From assembly GCA_963826115.1 (NCBI GenBank), contig CAWGVS010000012.1, forward strand, positions 448,001 through 512,000: a DNA stretch of 64,000 nt, given 5' to 3'. Below are positions 46,604 through 56,404 of the stretch, piece by piece; position 1 is the first letter of the stretch; each line of letters opens with the position of its first letter. The notes beneath the pieces were generated by a model. That model was not told where the DNA came from. It made no database searches and saw only the letters and a program-made list of their open reading frames with translations. The position numbers and the translations under genes are program-made. This DNA is from an uncultured Candidatus Rokubacteria bacterium (GTDB lineage Bacteria; Methylomirabilota; Methylomirabilia; Rokubacteriales; DASRDR01).

Positions 46604-47719
46604 GTGCCTGGCAAGCTGCCCTTTAGTCGCGACCCGGCCAGCTTGACACGCGGACGCGCCTCTGGGGAGAATCGTTCCTCTTCGCGGGGTCCTGATCGAG
46701 TCCGGGAGAACCGCGCAAATTGCCATGGCCACCGTCGGCGCGATCGCGTAGCAGGGGGGACGACCCTGAGCCCGCGGTCCGCCGGCTCTCCGACCCCGGT
46801 CGACGTCGTCGGCCTGGGGACGAACGCCCTCGACCTCCTCGGCGTCATCGACGGCCATCCGGTCCCCGACACGAAGTCGCCGCTCCGCCAGTTCGAGATC
46901 CAGGGCGGCGGCATGATCGCGACGGCGATGGTGGCCTGCGCGCGGCTCGGTCTCCGCGCCCGCTACGTCGGCAAGTTCGGCGACGACTACTGGGCGCGGC
47001 TCGGCCGGCGCCTCCTCGCCCGCGACGGGGTGGACGTGCGCTGGGCGCTCCGCGCGCGCGGGAGCGTCGGCCACGTCAGCATCATGCTGATCGACGCCCG
47101 CACCGGCCTCCGGACGGGGTTCTACCGGCGGCCGCCCGCCTACGACATCCGGCCCGAGGAGCTCGACCGCCGGGTCATCACCTCCGGCCGGCTCCTCCAC
47201 GTGGACGGCGTGGACGCGCCCTCCGCCGCGGTCGCCGTGCGCTGGGCGAAGGAGGCCGGCCTGCGGGTCACGATGGACGGGGAGCGCGTGGTGCCCGGCA
47301 TCGACGCGGTGTGGCCGGGCGTGGATCTCCTCGCCTGCAACCCGCGCTTCGTCACCCAGGTGAGCGGTCGCGACGACCTGGAGGAGGGCCTCGCCGCGCT
47401 GGCGGCGCGGGGCCCCGCGCGGGTCGCGGCCACGCTGGCCGAGGCGGGCGCCATCGGGCTCGAGGGCGGACGCGTCGTCCGGGCGCCCGGCTTCCCGGTG
47501 CCGGTGGTCGACACGAACGGCGCCGGCGACGTCTTCCACGGGGCCTGCGTCGTCGGCGAGCTCCGGGGGTGGCCCTTCGAGTGGACGCTCACCTTCGCCA
47601 ACGCGGTGGCGGCGATGAAGTGCCGCACGCTGGGCGGTCGGCGGGGGATCCCGCGCCTCGACGAGGTCGCGGCCTTCCTGGACGCGCGCGGCCACCGGGA
47701 GCTGGCGGCGGCGCTCTAG
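46604..47719 (+). CDS. PfkB-family carbohydrate kinase
   Basis: GGG..ATA..ACARLG, VGKFGDD, VVDTNGAGDVFHG, FANAVAAMKC; real start likely downstream, possibly CTG at 46766. Confidence 0.9.
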   Translation: MPGKLPFSRDPASLTRGRASGENRSSSRGPDRVRENRANCHGHRRRDRVAGGTTLSPRSAGSPTPVDVVGLGTNALDLLGVIDGHPVPDTKSPLRQFEIQGGGMIATAMVACARLGLRARYVGKFGDDYWARLGRRLLARDGVDVRWALRARGSVGHVSIMLIDARTGLRTGFYRRPPAYDIRPEELDRRVITSGRLLHVDGVDAPSAAVAVRWAKEAGLRVTMDGERVVPGIDAVWPGVDLLACNPRFVTQVSGRDDLEEGLAALAARGPARVAATLAEAGAIGLEGGRVVRAPGFPVPVVDTNGAGDVFHGACVVGELRGWPFEWTLTFANAVAAMKCRTLGGRRGIPRLDEVAAFLDARGHRELAAAL

Positions 47720-47797
47720 CGTCGAGCGCGGCGCGCGGCGGAGCGCGCTGCGCGCGGGGGCCGCGTCACGCGGACGCGGCCCCCGGCACAGAACGGG

Positions 47798-49006
47798 CTA
47801 CTTCTTGCTGGCGTCGAAGATCTCGCCGAAGAGCACCCAGCGCTCGCCGTCGAACTTCGCCAGCTGCTCCTGCTCGATCGGGTAGAAGTCCGTCGGGCTC
47901 GTGTTGATCTTGATGCCCGGAAGGAGCATCGGGACGACGAAGTCCTTCAGACTCGCGGCCTGCTTCATGACGTTGGCGCGCGACAGGTCGTTGCCGGCCT
48001 GCTTCAGCACCTGGACCATCGTCTGGGCCACCGAGTAGCCGTAGACGTTGAAGGCGTCCGTCTTGTTCCCGTCCGGGTAGTACTTGTCCATGAACACGAC
48101 CCAGTCCTTGTAGCCCTGGTCGTTCTTCCACTGGGGATCGGTCGGGTCCTTCAGGTACTGGACGGTGATCAGCCCCTTCGACGCGTCCAGGCCCGCCGGC
48201 TTCAGCACCGCGCCCACCGAGGCGGACACGTTGTTCAGGAGGTGGATCGGCTTCCAGCCGATGTCCGCCGCCTTCTTGATCGCCTGCGCCGCGAACTTCG
48301 GCGTGGTGACGTTGAAGAACACGTTGGCGCCGCTGTTCTTCAGGTTGACGATCTGCGAGTCGACGGTCGGATCGGTGACCTCGTACGACTGCTCGAGCAC
48401 GATCGCCTTCTTGGCGACATCGCCGAGGCCGTCCTTGAATCCCTTGAGGTAGTCCTTCCCGTAGTCGTCGTTCTGGTAGAGGATCCCGACCTTCCCGTCG
48501 GGGACGTTCTTCAGCACGTACTGGGCGTAGATGTGCGCCTCGGCCTGGTAGTTGGGCTGCCAGCCCATCGTCCACGGATGACCCTTGGGGTCACCCCACT
48601 TCGTCGCCCCGGTGGCCACGAACAGCTGCGGCACCTGCTCGTCGTTCATGTACTTGTGGATGGCGCTGTTGGACGGTGTGCCGAGGGTCTGGAAGAGGAG
48701 CAGCACCTGGTCCTGCTCGACGAGCTTCCGGACCATCTCGACCGCCTTCGGCGGGCTGTAGGCGTCGTCGAGCGTGACGAAGTTGATCTTGCGCCCGTTG
48801 ATGCCGCCCTCCTCGTTCACCTTCTTGAAGTAGGCGCCGATCGATTTCCCGATGGTGCCGTACGCGGAGGCCGGGCCGCTGTAGGGGTTGGTGTTGCCGA
48901 GCTTGATCTCGGTCGCGGTCACCCCCGGATCGGCCGCCAGCGCGGCTCCGGCCAGGCCGAGCGCGACGATCAGCGACAGCGCGAGCATCGTCCTACGTGT
49001 GCACAT
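47798..49006 (-). CDS. Liv-type ABC substrate-binding protein
   Basis: PGVTATEIKLG...PYSGPASAY, GGINGRKI, DDAYSP, YQNDDYGKD. Confidence 0.93.
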   Translation of the reverse strand: MCTRRTMLALSLIVALGLAGAALAADPGVTATEIKLGNTNPYSGPASAYGTIGKSIGAYFKKVNEEGGINGRKINFVTLDDAYSPPKAVEMVRKLVEQDQVLLLFQTLGTPSNSAIHKYMNDEQVPQLFVATGATKWGDPKGHPWTMGWQPNYQAEAHIYAQYVLKNVPDGKVGILYQNDDYGKDYLKGFKDGLGDVAKKAIVLEQSYEVTDPTVDSQIVNLKNSGANVFFNVTTPKFAAQAIKKAADIGWKPIHLLNNVSASVGAVLKPAGLDASKGLITVQYLKDPTDPQWKNDQGYKDWVVFMDKYYPDGNKTDAFNVYGYSVAQTMVQVLKQAGNDLSRANVMKQAASLKDFVVPMLLPGIKINTSPTDFYPIEQEQLAKFDGERWVLFGEIFDASKK

Positions 49007-49991
49007 GTTGTCCCCCTTTCGGTGTGGCCGAGGCGGCGGGCCGGGCCGGACGGGCCCGCTCGCCGGCACGGTGGGCGAGGCGCCGGAGGAACCCGGCGAC
49101 CCCGTCCGGCATGACGTACATGAACGCGATGAGGAACACGCCGTAGATGGCCCAGGGTGCTGCCTTGGAGATCTCCTGCGCGTAGTTCGGCACGAACTGG
49201 ATGAACAGGGCGCCGAAGATCGCCCCCGGCACGGAGGCGAGCCCGCCGATCACGATGCCGACCAGGAAGGTGATCGACAGGAACACGTTGAACGAGTCCG
49301 GCGCCACGAACGCCACCGCGAGCCCGCCCAGCGAGCCCGCGACCCCAGTGTAGCAAGCGCTGACGCCGAACGTCAGCGACTTGTAGAGCGCGGCGTTGAT
49401 GCCCATCGCGCGGGCGGCGATGGGGTTGTCGCGGATCGCCACGATCGCCCGCCCCGGGCGGCTCCGCAGGAGGTTCCAGGTGAGGACCAGGAGCAGCAGC
49501 AGCACCGCCAGCGCGAGGTAGTAGAGCCACTGGTCCCGTGTGAGCGGCAGGCCCAGCGGGGCCCGGGGCTTCGACAGGACGATGCCCTGGGAGCCGCCGG
49601 TCCACGAGTCGAAATACTTCAGGATCTGGGGCACGGCCAGCGCGAGCGCGAAGGTCGCCAGGGCCAGGTGCAGCCCCTCCAGGCGCAGCGCGGGAATCCC
49701 GAACAGGAAGCCAACCAGGAAGCAGAGGGCCCCCGCGGCGGGGATCGTCCACCCGTAGGGGACGTGCCAGCGGTCGACCATGATCGCCATCGTGTACGCG
49801 CCGAGCGCGTAGAAGGCGCCGTGGCCGAGCGAGATCTGCCCGTTGTATCCGGTCAGGAGGTTCAGGCCGAGGAGCACCATCGCGTACACGCAGACCTGCG
49901 TGAACTGGAACAGCCGGAACCCGCTCACGAGGAAGGGCAGGCCCAGCGCGACCAGGAGGACCGCGACCGGGACCCACGCGCGACGCGGCAT
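48993..49991 (-). CDS. Liv-type ABC permease (LivM-like)
   Basis: GLNLLTGYNGQISLGHGAF, TGG..G, AIRDN..AA..MGIN. Confidence 0.93.
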   Translation of the reverse strand: MPRRAWVPVAVLLVALGLPFLVSGFRLFQFTQVCVYAMVLLGLNLLTGYNGQISLGHGAFYALGAYTMAIMVDRWHVPYGWTIPAAGALCFLVGFLFGIPALRLEGLHLALATFALALAVPQILKYFDSWTGGSQGIVLSKPRAPLGLPLTRDQWLYYLALAVLLLLLVLTWNLLRSRPGRAIVAIRDNPIAARAMGINAALYKSLTFGVSACYTGVAGSLGGLAVAFVAPDSFNVFLSITFLVGIVIGGLASVPGAIFGALFIQFVPNYAQEISKAAPWAIYGVFLIAFMYVMPDGVAGFLRRLAHRAGERARPARPAASATPKGGQHVHT

Positions 49992-49992
49992 C

Positions 49993-50880
49993 CTAGACCC
50001 GCCGCACGACCGCGTGGCCGAAGAGGCCGCTCGGCCGGACCAGGAGGACGACCACGATGATCAGGAGGGCGACGGTCAGCTTCAGCTCGGTGCCGATGAA
50101 CGGCAGGTAGGTGCCGGCGAGGTTCTCGATCACCCCGACCAGGAAGCCGCCCACGACGGCGCCGAGGGGGCTCGTGATCCCGCCCAGCGTCGCGGCGGCG
50201 AAGGCGTAGATGAGGATCCCGCCCATCATGTTGGGCTCGAGGAAGATCACCGGCGCGATGAGCATCCCCGCCACCGAGCCGACCAGGGCCGCCAGGCCCC
50301 AGCCGAGCGCGAGCATCCAGCCGACGCGGATGCCGCAGAGCCGGCTCGACACGGGATTCTGCGCGGCGGCCCGCATCGCGAGGCCGAGGGACGTGAAGCG
50401 GAAGAACACGTAGAGGAGGCAGAGCATGAGCAGCGTCACCCCGATCACCCCGAGATCGTGCTGGCCGAACACCACGTTGCCGATCCGGATCGGCGTCCGG
50501 GGGAACGGGCTCGGGAAGGGCTGGATGACGTAGGAGTAGATCCACCCGGCGAGGCTGTTCAGGATCACCAGGAGCCCGATGCACACGATGACCAGCGTGA
50601 GGACGGGCTTCCCCTCGACGGGCCGCACGACGACGCGCTCGATGAGGACCCCGCCCACGAACGCGAGGACGAGCGTGCCGAAGAACGCCGCCCAGTAGGG
50701 GGCGCCGGCGTTCAGCATGGACCACGCGAGGTACGTGGTGAACATCGCCATCTCGCCCTGGGCGAAGTTCACGATCTCCGTGGCCTGGTAGATCATCACC
50801 AGCGCGAGGGCCAGGCTCGCGTAGATCCCGCCCGTGGCGAGCCCGGAGACGACCTGCTGGAGGAAGGTGTCAATACCCAA
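49993..50880 (-). CDS. Liv-type ABC permease (LivH-like)
   Basis: GLATGGIYA, VNFAQGE, GLAMRA, RPSGLFG. Confidence 0.93.
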   Translation of the reverse strand: MGIDTFLQQVVSGLATGGIYASLALALVMIYQATEIVNFAQGEMAMFTTYLAWSMLNAGAPYWAAFFGTLVLAFVGGVLIERVVVRPVEGKPVLTLVIVCIGLLVILNSLAGWIYSYVIQPFPSPFPRTPIRIGNVVFGQHDLGVIGVTLLMLCLLYVFFRFTSLGLAMRAAAQNPVSSRLCGIRVGWMLALGWGLAALVGSVAGMLIAPVIFLEPNMMGGILIYAFAAATLGGITSPLGAVVGGFLVGVIENLAGTYLPFIGTELKLTVALLIIVVVLLVRPSGLFGHAVVRRV

Positions 50881-51583
50881 GGTACGCTCGTCGGACGGCG
50901 TCGTTCTTCCGGATCTCGTCGGACGGCCCGGCGAGCACGACGCGCCCGGTCTCGAGAAGGTACGCGTGGTCGGCGAGGCCGAGGGCGAGGGTCGCGTTCT
51001 GCTCCACCAGGAGCACGCTCACGCCGTCCCGCTCGTTGATCGTGCGGACGATGCGGAAGATCTCCTGCACCACGAGCGGGGCGAGCCCGAGGGACGGCTC
51101 GTCGAGGAGAAGCAGCCGCGGCCGCAGCATGAGCGCGCGGGCGAGGGCGAGCATCTGCTGCTCCCCGCCGGAGAGCGTGCCCGCCGCCTGCCGCCGCCGC
51201 TCGCCGAGGACCGGGAAGTGCCCGTAGACGCGGTCGAGGTCCCGGCCGACCTCGGCCCGATCGCGGCGCACGTAGGCGCCGAGCCGGAGGTTCTCCTCCA
51301 CCGTGAACCCGACGAACGTCCCCCGCCCTTCGGGTACGTGGGCGATGCCGAGCCGCGCGATGTCCTCGCTCGCCCGGCCATCGATCCGCCGCCCGTCGAA
51401 CCGCACGGTCCCGACCGGCGGCACCATGCCCGACACCGCGCGGAGCGTGGTGGTCTTCCCGGCCCCGTTGGCGCCCAGGATGGTCGTGATGCCGCCGGCC
51501 TCGACGGCGAACCCGACCCCGTGGAGCACCCGCGTCGCGCCGTAGGCCACGTGGAGGTCCTCGACGTCGAGGATGGCCGCCAT
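50870..51583 (-). CDS. Liv-type ABC ATP-binding protein (LivF-like)
   Basis: GANGAGKTT, VPEGR, LSGGEQQML, DEPSLGLAP, LVEQN. Confidence 0.95.
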   Translation of the reverse strand: MAAILDVEDLHVAYGATRVLHGVGFAVEAGGITTILGANGAGKTTTLRAVSGMVPPVGTVRFDGRRIDGRASEDIARLGIAHVPEGRGTFVGFTVEENLRLGAYVRRDRAEVGRDLDRVYGHFPVLGERRRQAAGTLSGGEQQMLALARALMLRPRLLLLDEPSLGLAPLVVQEIFRIVRTINERDGVSVLLVEQNATLALGLADHAYLLETGRVVLAGPSDEIRKNDAVRRAYLGY

Positions 51584-52416
51584 CAGCGCGCCACCGTCTC
51601 GCCGGGCGCCACGCCGAGGTAGGCGCGGATGACGTCGGCATGCTGCTGGATCGCCGCCGGCGGACCCTCGGCGATCTTCCGCCCGAAGTCGAGGACGACG
51701 ACCTGGTCGGAGACCTCCATGACCAGGCCCATGTGGTGCTCCACGAGGAGGATCGTCACGCCGTGCTCGCTCCGGATGGCCCGGATCAACCGGGCGAGCG
51801 CCGCGACCTCTTCGTGGTTCAGTCCCGCCGCCGGCTCGTCGAGCAGGAGGAGCCGGGGCGAGCCGGCGAGCGCGCGGGCGAGCTCGACCCGCTTGAGCGT
51901 GCCGAAGGGGAGGCCCACGGCGGGATGCGCCGCCACCGCCTCGAGCCCGAAGAACGTCACCAGCTCGTGCGCCCGCGCCCGGATCCGCGCCTCCTCGCTC
52001 CGCACGGCCGGCAGGCGGAGGGCGCTCGCGACGAAGCTCCCGCGGGACCGGCAGTGCACGCCCACCATGACGTTCTGCAGGACCGAGAGGCTCGGGAACA
52101 GGGCGACGTTCTGGAACGTGCGGCTGATGCCGAGCGCCGAGATCCCGTGCGCCGGGACGCCGTCGAGCGGGCGCCCCTCGAACTCGAGCGAGCCCCGTTC
52201 CGGCGTGTAGAGCCGGGACAGGCAGTTGAAGACGGTCGTCTTCCCGGCGCCGTTGGGGCCGATGAGCCCGACGATCTGGCCGGGCGCCACCTGGAAGGAC
52301 ACCCCGTCGAGGGCGACGATGCCGCCGAAGCGCACCGTCAGGTCCCGCACCGCGAGGAGGGGCCGGTCGCCGCTCCCGTGGACAGGGTTTCGCTGAGCCG
52401 GCCCGCCGCCGGTCAC
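51583..52416 (-). CDS. Liv-type ABC ATP-binding protein (LivG-like)
   Basis: GPNGAGKTT, RTFQN, DEPAAGLN, VEHHM, VIRAYLG. Confidence 0.95.
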   Translation of the reverse strand: MTGGGPAQRNPVHGSGDRPLLAVRDLTVRFGGIVALDGVSFQVAPGQIVGLIGPNGAGKTTVFNCLSRLYTPERGSLEFEGRPLDGVPAHGISALGISRTFQNVALFPSLSVLQNVMVGVHCRSRGSFVASALRLPAVRSEEARIRARAHELVTFFGLEAVAAHPAVGLPFGTLKRVELARALAGSPRLLLLDEPAAGLNHEEVAALARLIRAIRSEHGVTILLVEHHMGLVMEVSDQVVVLDFGRKIAEGPPAAIQQHADVIRAYLGVAPGETVAR

Positions 52417-52432
52417 CGTGTCGACCAGGCCA

Positions 52433-52446
52433 TGACAGCGCTGTCA
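52433..52446. promoter_or_regulatory. LacI-family/cre-like operator
   Basis: Perfect palindrome TGACAGCGCTGTCA 16 bp upstream of the livG-like start, downstream of a candidate TTGACG-N18-TAGGGT promoter. Confidence 0.7.
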
Positions 52447-52693
52447 GGCGTTTTTCGCATTCGCCGCGGTGGCCGGATCCTGTGGCGTCGAGACCCTATC
52501 ATCGGCGGCCCCGCCACGTCAATTCGCGCCGACCGCCCGGCGAGCGGCACCGCCCGCCGCGGCGCTCGCCGCAGGGTCCGGCCAGGGAACGGACGGTCGC
52601 TGGCGGCGACCTCGACCCCACCGAGCCGCCCGGACCCATCCGGACCGACCGCCACTCCGGGGAGCCCGTCGCCCGCGCCGGCATCACGTCGCG

Positions 52694-53596
52694 CTAGTAG
52701 TCCCGCGGGTCGAGCACATCGCGGAGCCCGTCGCCGGCCAGGTTGAACGACAGCGCCAGGACGAAGATCGCGAGCCCCGGCCACCACGCCATCCACGGCG
52801 CCGTCTCGAGGAACGCCTGGGCGGTGTTGAGCATCGTGCCCCAGCTCGGCGTGGGCGGCTGGACGCCGAGCCCGAGGAACGAGAGCACCGCTTCCGCGAT
52901 GATCGCCGTCGGGATCGAGACCGTGGCCTGCACGAGGATCGAGCTGACGATGTTGGGCAGCACGTGACGGCCCATGACCCGGGGGTCGCCGGCGCCCAGC
53001 GCCCGGGCGCCGTGGACGTAGTCCTCCTCGCGCGTCGCCAGAACCAGGCCGCGAGTGAGCCGGACGTAGGTCGGCGTGGCGCCGAGCCCGATCGCCAGCG
53101 TGGCATTGGTGAGCGACGCGCCGAGGATCGTCACCAGTCCGATCGCCAGGATGAGGAACGGGAACGACAGCCACGCGTCGGTCAGGCGCATCAGCGCCTG
53201 GTCTATCACCCCGCGGTAGTAGCCGGCGATCAGGCCAGCCGGGACGCCCACGAGCATGGCAAACAGGATGGACAGGACACCGGCCTGCATCGAGATACGC
53301 GCGCCCCAGATGACGCGCGACAGGGTGTCGCGGCCGAGGTCGTCCGTCCCGAACGGATGTGCCCAGCTCGGCGCCTTGCGGATCGCGCTCCAGCTGGTCG
53401 CGTTCGGGTCGGCGGGGGCCAGCCACGGAGCGGCGAGGGCCGCGACGACGAACGCCAGCACGACGGCCGTGCCGACCACCGCAGGGGGGCGGCGCGCGAG
53501 GCGGCGCCAGGCGAGGCGGAGGCGGGCGCCGAGGATCCCGCTCTGGGCGGTCCCGACCGTCAGCGCGGCCGCGGGCTGCGCAGCGTCAGGTCTCAC
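52694..53596 (-). CDS. Dpp/Opp-type ABC permease (DppC-like)
   Basis: HPFGTDDLGRD, EAVLSFLGLG, FNLAGDGLRDVLDP. Confidence 0.94.
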   Translation of the reverse strand: MRPDAAQPAAALTVGTAQSGILGARLRLAWRRLARRPPAVVGTAVVLAFVVAALAAPWLAPADPNATSWSAIRKAPSWAHPFGTDDLGRDTLSRVIWGARISMQAGVLSILFAMLVGVPAGLIAGYYRGVIDQALMRLTDAWLSFPFLILAIGLVTILGASLTNATLAIGLGATPTYVRLTRGLVLATREEDYVHGARALGAGDPRVMGRHVLPNIVSSILVQATVSIPTAIIAEAVLSFLGLGVQPPTPSWGTMLNTAQAFLETAPWMAWWPGLAIFVLALSFNLAGDGLRDVLDPRDY

Positions 53597-54548
53597 GTCG
53601 CCCGCCCCGGACCCGGATCCGCGGATTGAGGAGGGAGTAGGACACGTCGACCAGAAGGTTCATCAGCACGTAGGCGCTGGCCGTGATCAGCACCACGCCC
53701 TGCACGATCGGGTAGTCGCGCGTGAACACGCCCTCCAGGATCAGGCGGCCGAAGCCCGGCACCACGAAGATCTGCTCGGTGATGACGGCCCCGCTGATCA
53801 GCGCTCCGAGCTGGAGGCCAAGGATGGTGATGACCGGGATGAGCCCGTTCCGGATGGCGTGGCGGAACACGACGATGCCGGTCCGGAGCCCCTTCGCGTA
53901 GGCGGTCCGGACGTAGTCCGCGCTCAGGACCTCGATCATGCTGTTCCGGGTCTGGCGCATCAGCACCGCCGCCAGCTGAGCGGCCAGCACCACGGCCGGC
54001 ATCAGCATGCGCTGGACGTTCCCCCACGGGTCCTCGAAGGGGGACACGTAGCCCGAGGCGGGCAGCCAGTGGAGCCGGACCGAGAGGAGAAGGATCAGCA
54101 TGATCCCCAGCCAGAAGTTCGGGATCGACACGCCGCAGAGGGACACGCTCCCGGCGAGGTAGTCCCAGCCCGTGTTCCGGCGCACGGCGGCCAGCACGCC
54201 CACCGGGACGGCGATCAGCAGGGCGAGCAGCATGGCATACGCCGACAGCTGGAGCGTGATCGGCAGCTTGTGGGCAACGAGGCGCACGACCGATTCGCGG
54301 GTGCGGATCGACTCGCCGAGATCCCCGCGGAGCGCGTGGCCGAGCCACTTCGCATACTGGACGGGAATCGGATCCCGCAGCCCGTACTTCTGCCGGATCT
54401 CCTCGATGCCGGCCGCGTCGGCATCGGTCCCCGCCATCACGCGGGCGGGATCGCCGGGAATCATGCGGACCCCGGTGAACACGATGATCGTGATGAGGAA
54501 CAGCGTGACCAGCGAGATGAGCCCTCGCTCGATCAGGAACTCGGTCAC
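53586..54548 (-). CDS. Dpp/Opp-type ABC permease (DppB-like)
   Basis: IPGDPA, GDLGES, DYVRTAYAKGL, RDYPIVQG, LNPRIR. Confidence 0.94.
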   Translation of the reverse strand: MTEFLIERGLISLVTLFLITIIVFTGVRMIPGDPARVMAGTDADAAGIEEIRQKYGLRDPIPVQYAKWLGHALRGDLGESIRTRESVVRLVAHKLPITLQLSAYAMLLALLIAVPVGVLAAVRRNTGWDYLAGSVSLCGVSIPNFWLGIMLILLLSVRLHWLPASGYVSPFEDPWGNVQRMLMPAVVLAAQLAAVLMRQTRNSMIEVLSADYVRTAYAKGLRTGIVVFRHAIRNGLIPVITILGLQLGALISGAVITEQIFVVPGFGRLILEGVFTRDYPIVQGVVLITASAYVLMNLLVDVSYSLLNPRIRVRGGRRET

Positions 54549-54565
54549 GGCGCGCCGACGGCGTA

Positions 54566-54594
54566 GGGTCGAGGGCCTCGAAGGCCCCCGACCC
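54566..54594 (-). other. Intercistronic stem-loop between SBP and permease genes
   Basis: GGGTCGAGGGCCT-CGA-AGGCCCCCGACCC; position typical of hairpins that stabilise SBP mRNA. Confidence 0.55.
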
Positions 54595-54602
54595 CCTTCA
54601 GG

Positions 54603-56150
54603 CTAGTTCCAGCTCGCGCCCTTGATGCGGATCAGCCCGTCGGGCACGGCCTTGTAGCCCTTGAGGTTCTTGGGATAGGCCGCGATGTAGTTCAGGTGGT
54701 AGAGGTAGATGACGTTGCGGCGCGCGCTGAGCTTGTCGATCGCCTCTCGATAGAGCTGGGTGCGCTGCGCGACGTCGCTCACCTCGCGGGCCTTGTTCAG
54801 CAAGGAATCGATCGTCTCGTCGCAGGCCTGCGTCGTATTCAGGCTGCCCTTGCACGTGTGGAACTGGTGAATGTTGGCATCGGGGTCCACGCGGCCGCTC
54901 CAGCCGATCAGGAAGGTCGGGAGCTTGCCCGCTTCGTCCGCATCCAGGGACGCGGCGAACTCCATCGGCTGGATCGAGATGTTGAAGCCCGCCTCCTTGG
55001 CCATCTGCTGGAGCACCTCACCCACCCGGCGCTGGGGCGGCTCGTTCTGCACGGTCATCTCGAAGCTGTAGCCGTTGGCGAGCCCCGCGTCGGCCAGGAG
55101 CTTCTTGGCGCGCGCGATGTCACGCGTCGGGCACTTCCGGCTCTTGTCGTAGAAGGGGCTCACGGGCGAGATCGGGGTGCAGTCGGGCGTGTACTGGCCC
55201 TCCCAGACCACCTGGTTCAGTGCCTCGCGGTCGATCGACAGCTCGAGCGCCTCTCGCACCCGGGGGTCGTTGGCCAGCGGCGTACCGAGATCTCCGGGCG
55301 CCGCCGGCGGCTTGCCGTTCTTGTTCTTGAGGTTGATGTTGAACCCGGAGTAGCCGATCCCCGGCACGCTCGCGACGTCGAACTTGCCCTCCTTGCGGAG
55401 GCTGGCGGCGTGGGTCGGGTTCACCAGGTGCATGAAGTCGATGTCGCCCGAGCGGAGGTTGGCCAGGCGGACGTTGTCGTCCGTGATGATCCGGAAGACG
55501 AGCCGATCGAACTTGGCCTGGGCCGGATCGAAGTAGTGCGTGGACTTCTCCAGCACGATGCGGTCCTGGGCGACGCGCTCGACGAACGCCCAGGGGCCGA
55601 CGCACACCGGGGCGGTGCCGAACTTCTCGTCGAGCTTCTTGACCTGGGCCGGCGAGACCGGCATCCCGGCGCGGTCGGCCAGGATCGCCGTGATCGGGGA
55701 GAACGGCGCCTTCAGGCGGAGCCGGACCGTGGTCGGGTCGACCACCTCGACCGCGTCGACGTGGTCCAGCTCGCTCCGGCGGCTCGAACCCTTCATCCCG
55801 CGGTGCCGGTCGAGGGAGAACCGGACGGCCTCGGCGTCCATCGCCGTGCCGTCGTTGAACTTCACGCCCGAGCGGAGCTTGATCGTGACGGTCTTGCCGC
55901 CATCGGTGAACCGGGGCAGCTCCGCCGCGAGCTGCGGAGAGATGTTGAGGTTCTCGTCGATCTCGTAAAGCTTCTCGCACATGTGCTCGAAGATGATCCG
56001 GCCCACGTAGGTCCGGGCGAGCGTCGGATCCAGGATGTCCGGGTCCTGGTTCAGCCCGATCACGAGCGTCTTCTTCTGCGCCTCGGCGGTGGCGGCCGCC
56101 ACGAGGACGCCCAGCAGGATCGCCAGCACCCACCCCAGTCGGATCCTCAT
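54603..56150 (-). CDS. Dpp/Opp-type ABC substrate-binding protein (family 5)
   Basis: Signal peptide, LDP, LRSGVKFNDGT, RVREALELSIDR, AKKLLADAG; ATG 56150 with GGAGGG RBS. Confidence 0.94.
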   Translation of the reverse strand: MRIRLGWVLAILLGVLVAAATAEAQKKTLVIGLNQDPDILDPTLARTYVGRIIFEHMCEKLYEIDENLNISPQLAAELPRFTDGGKTVTIKLRSGVKFNDGTAMDAEAVRFSLDRHRGMKGSSRRSELDHVDAVEVVDPTTVRLRLKAPFSPITAILADRAGMPVSPAQVKKLDEKFGTAPVCVGPWAFVERVAQDRIVLEKSTHYFDPAQAKFDRLVFRIITDDNVRLANLRSGDIDFMHLVNPTHAASLRKEGKFDVASVPGIGYSGFNINLKNKNGKPPAAPGDLGTPLANDPRVREALELSIDREALNQVVWEGQYTPDCTPISPVSPFYDKSRKCPTRDIARAKKLLADAGLANGYSFEMTVQNEPPQRRVGEVLQQMAKEAGFNISIQPMEFAASLDADEAGKLPTFLIGWSGRVDPDANIHQFHTCKGSLNTTQACDETIDSLLNKAREVSDVAQRTQLYREAIDKLSARRNVIYLYHLNYIAAYPKNLKGYKAVPDGLIRIKGASWN

Positions 56151-56404
56151 CGTCGGTGCCCTCCGGACTCCTGAGTCTGGGTTGATCAAGGGCGAACCAC
56201 CCGCCTCGAGACGGTGGCCCGATGGTCAGGCCACAATAGCTGGATCATAGGCTGGGCGCGCACGACCAAGCAAGGGCTCGGCGCGTCCTCGCGTCGCGCG
56301 GGACGGCCCGCCCGGCCGCTCGTCCGGGAAACCCGCGCCGCAGAAGGCGGGTTCCCGCCGCCCGACGGCGCGGAAGCGGGACGCCGGCTCGGCCGACCCC
56401 AGGC

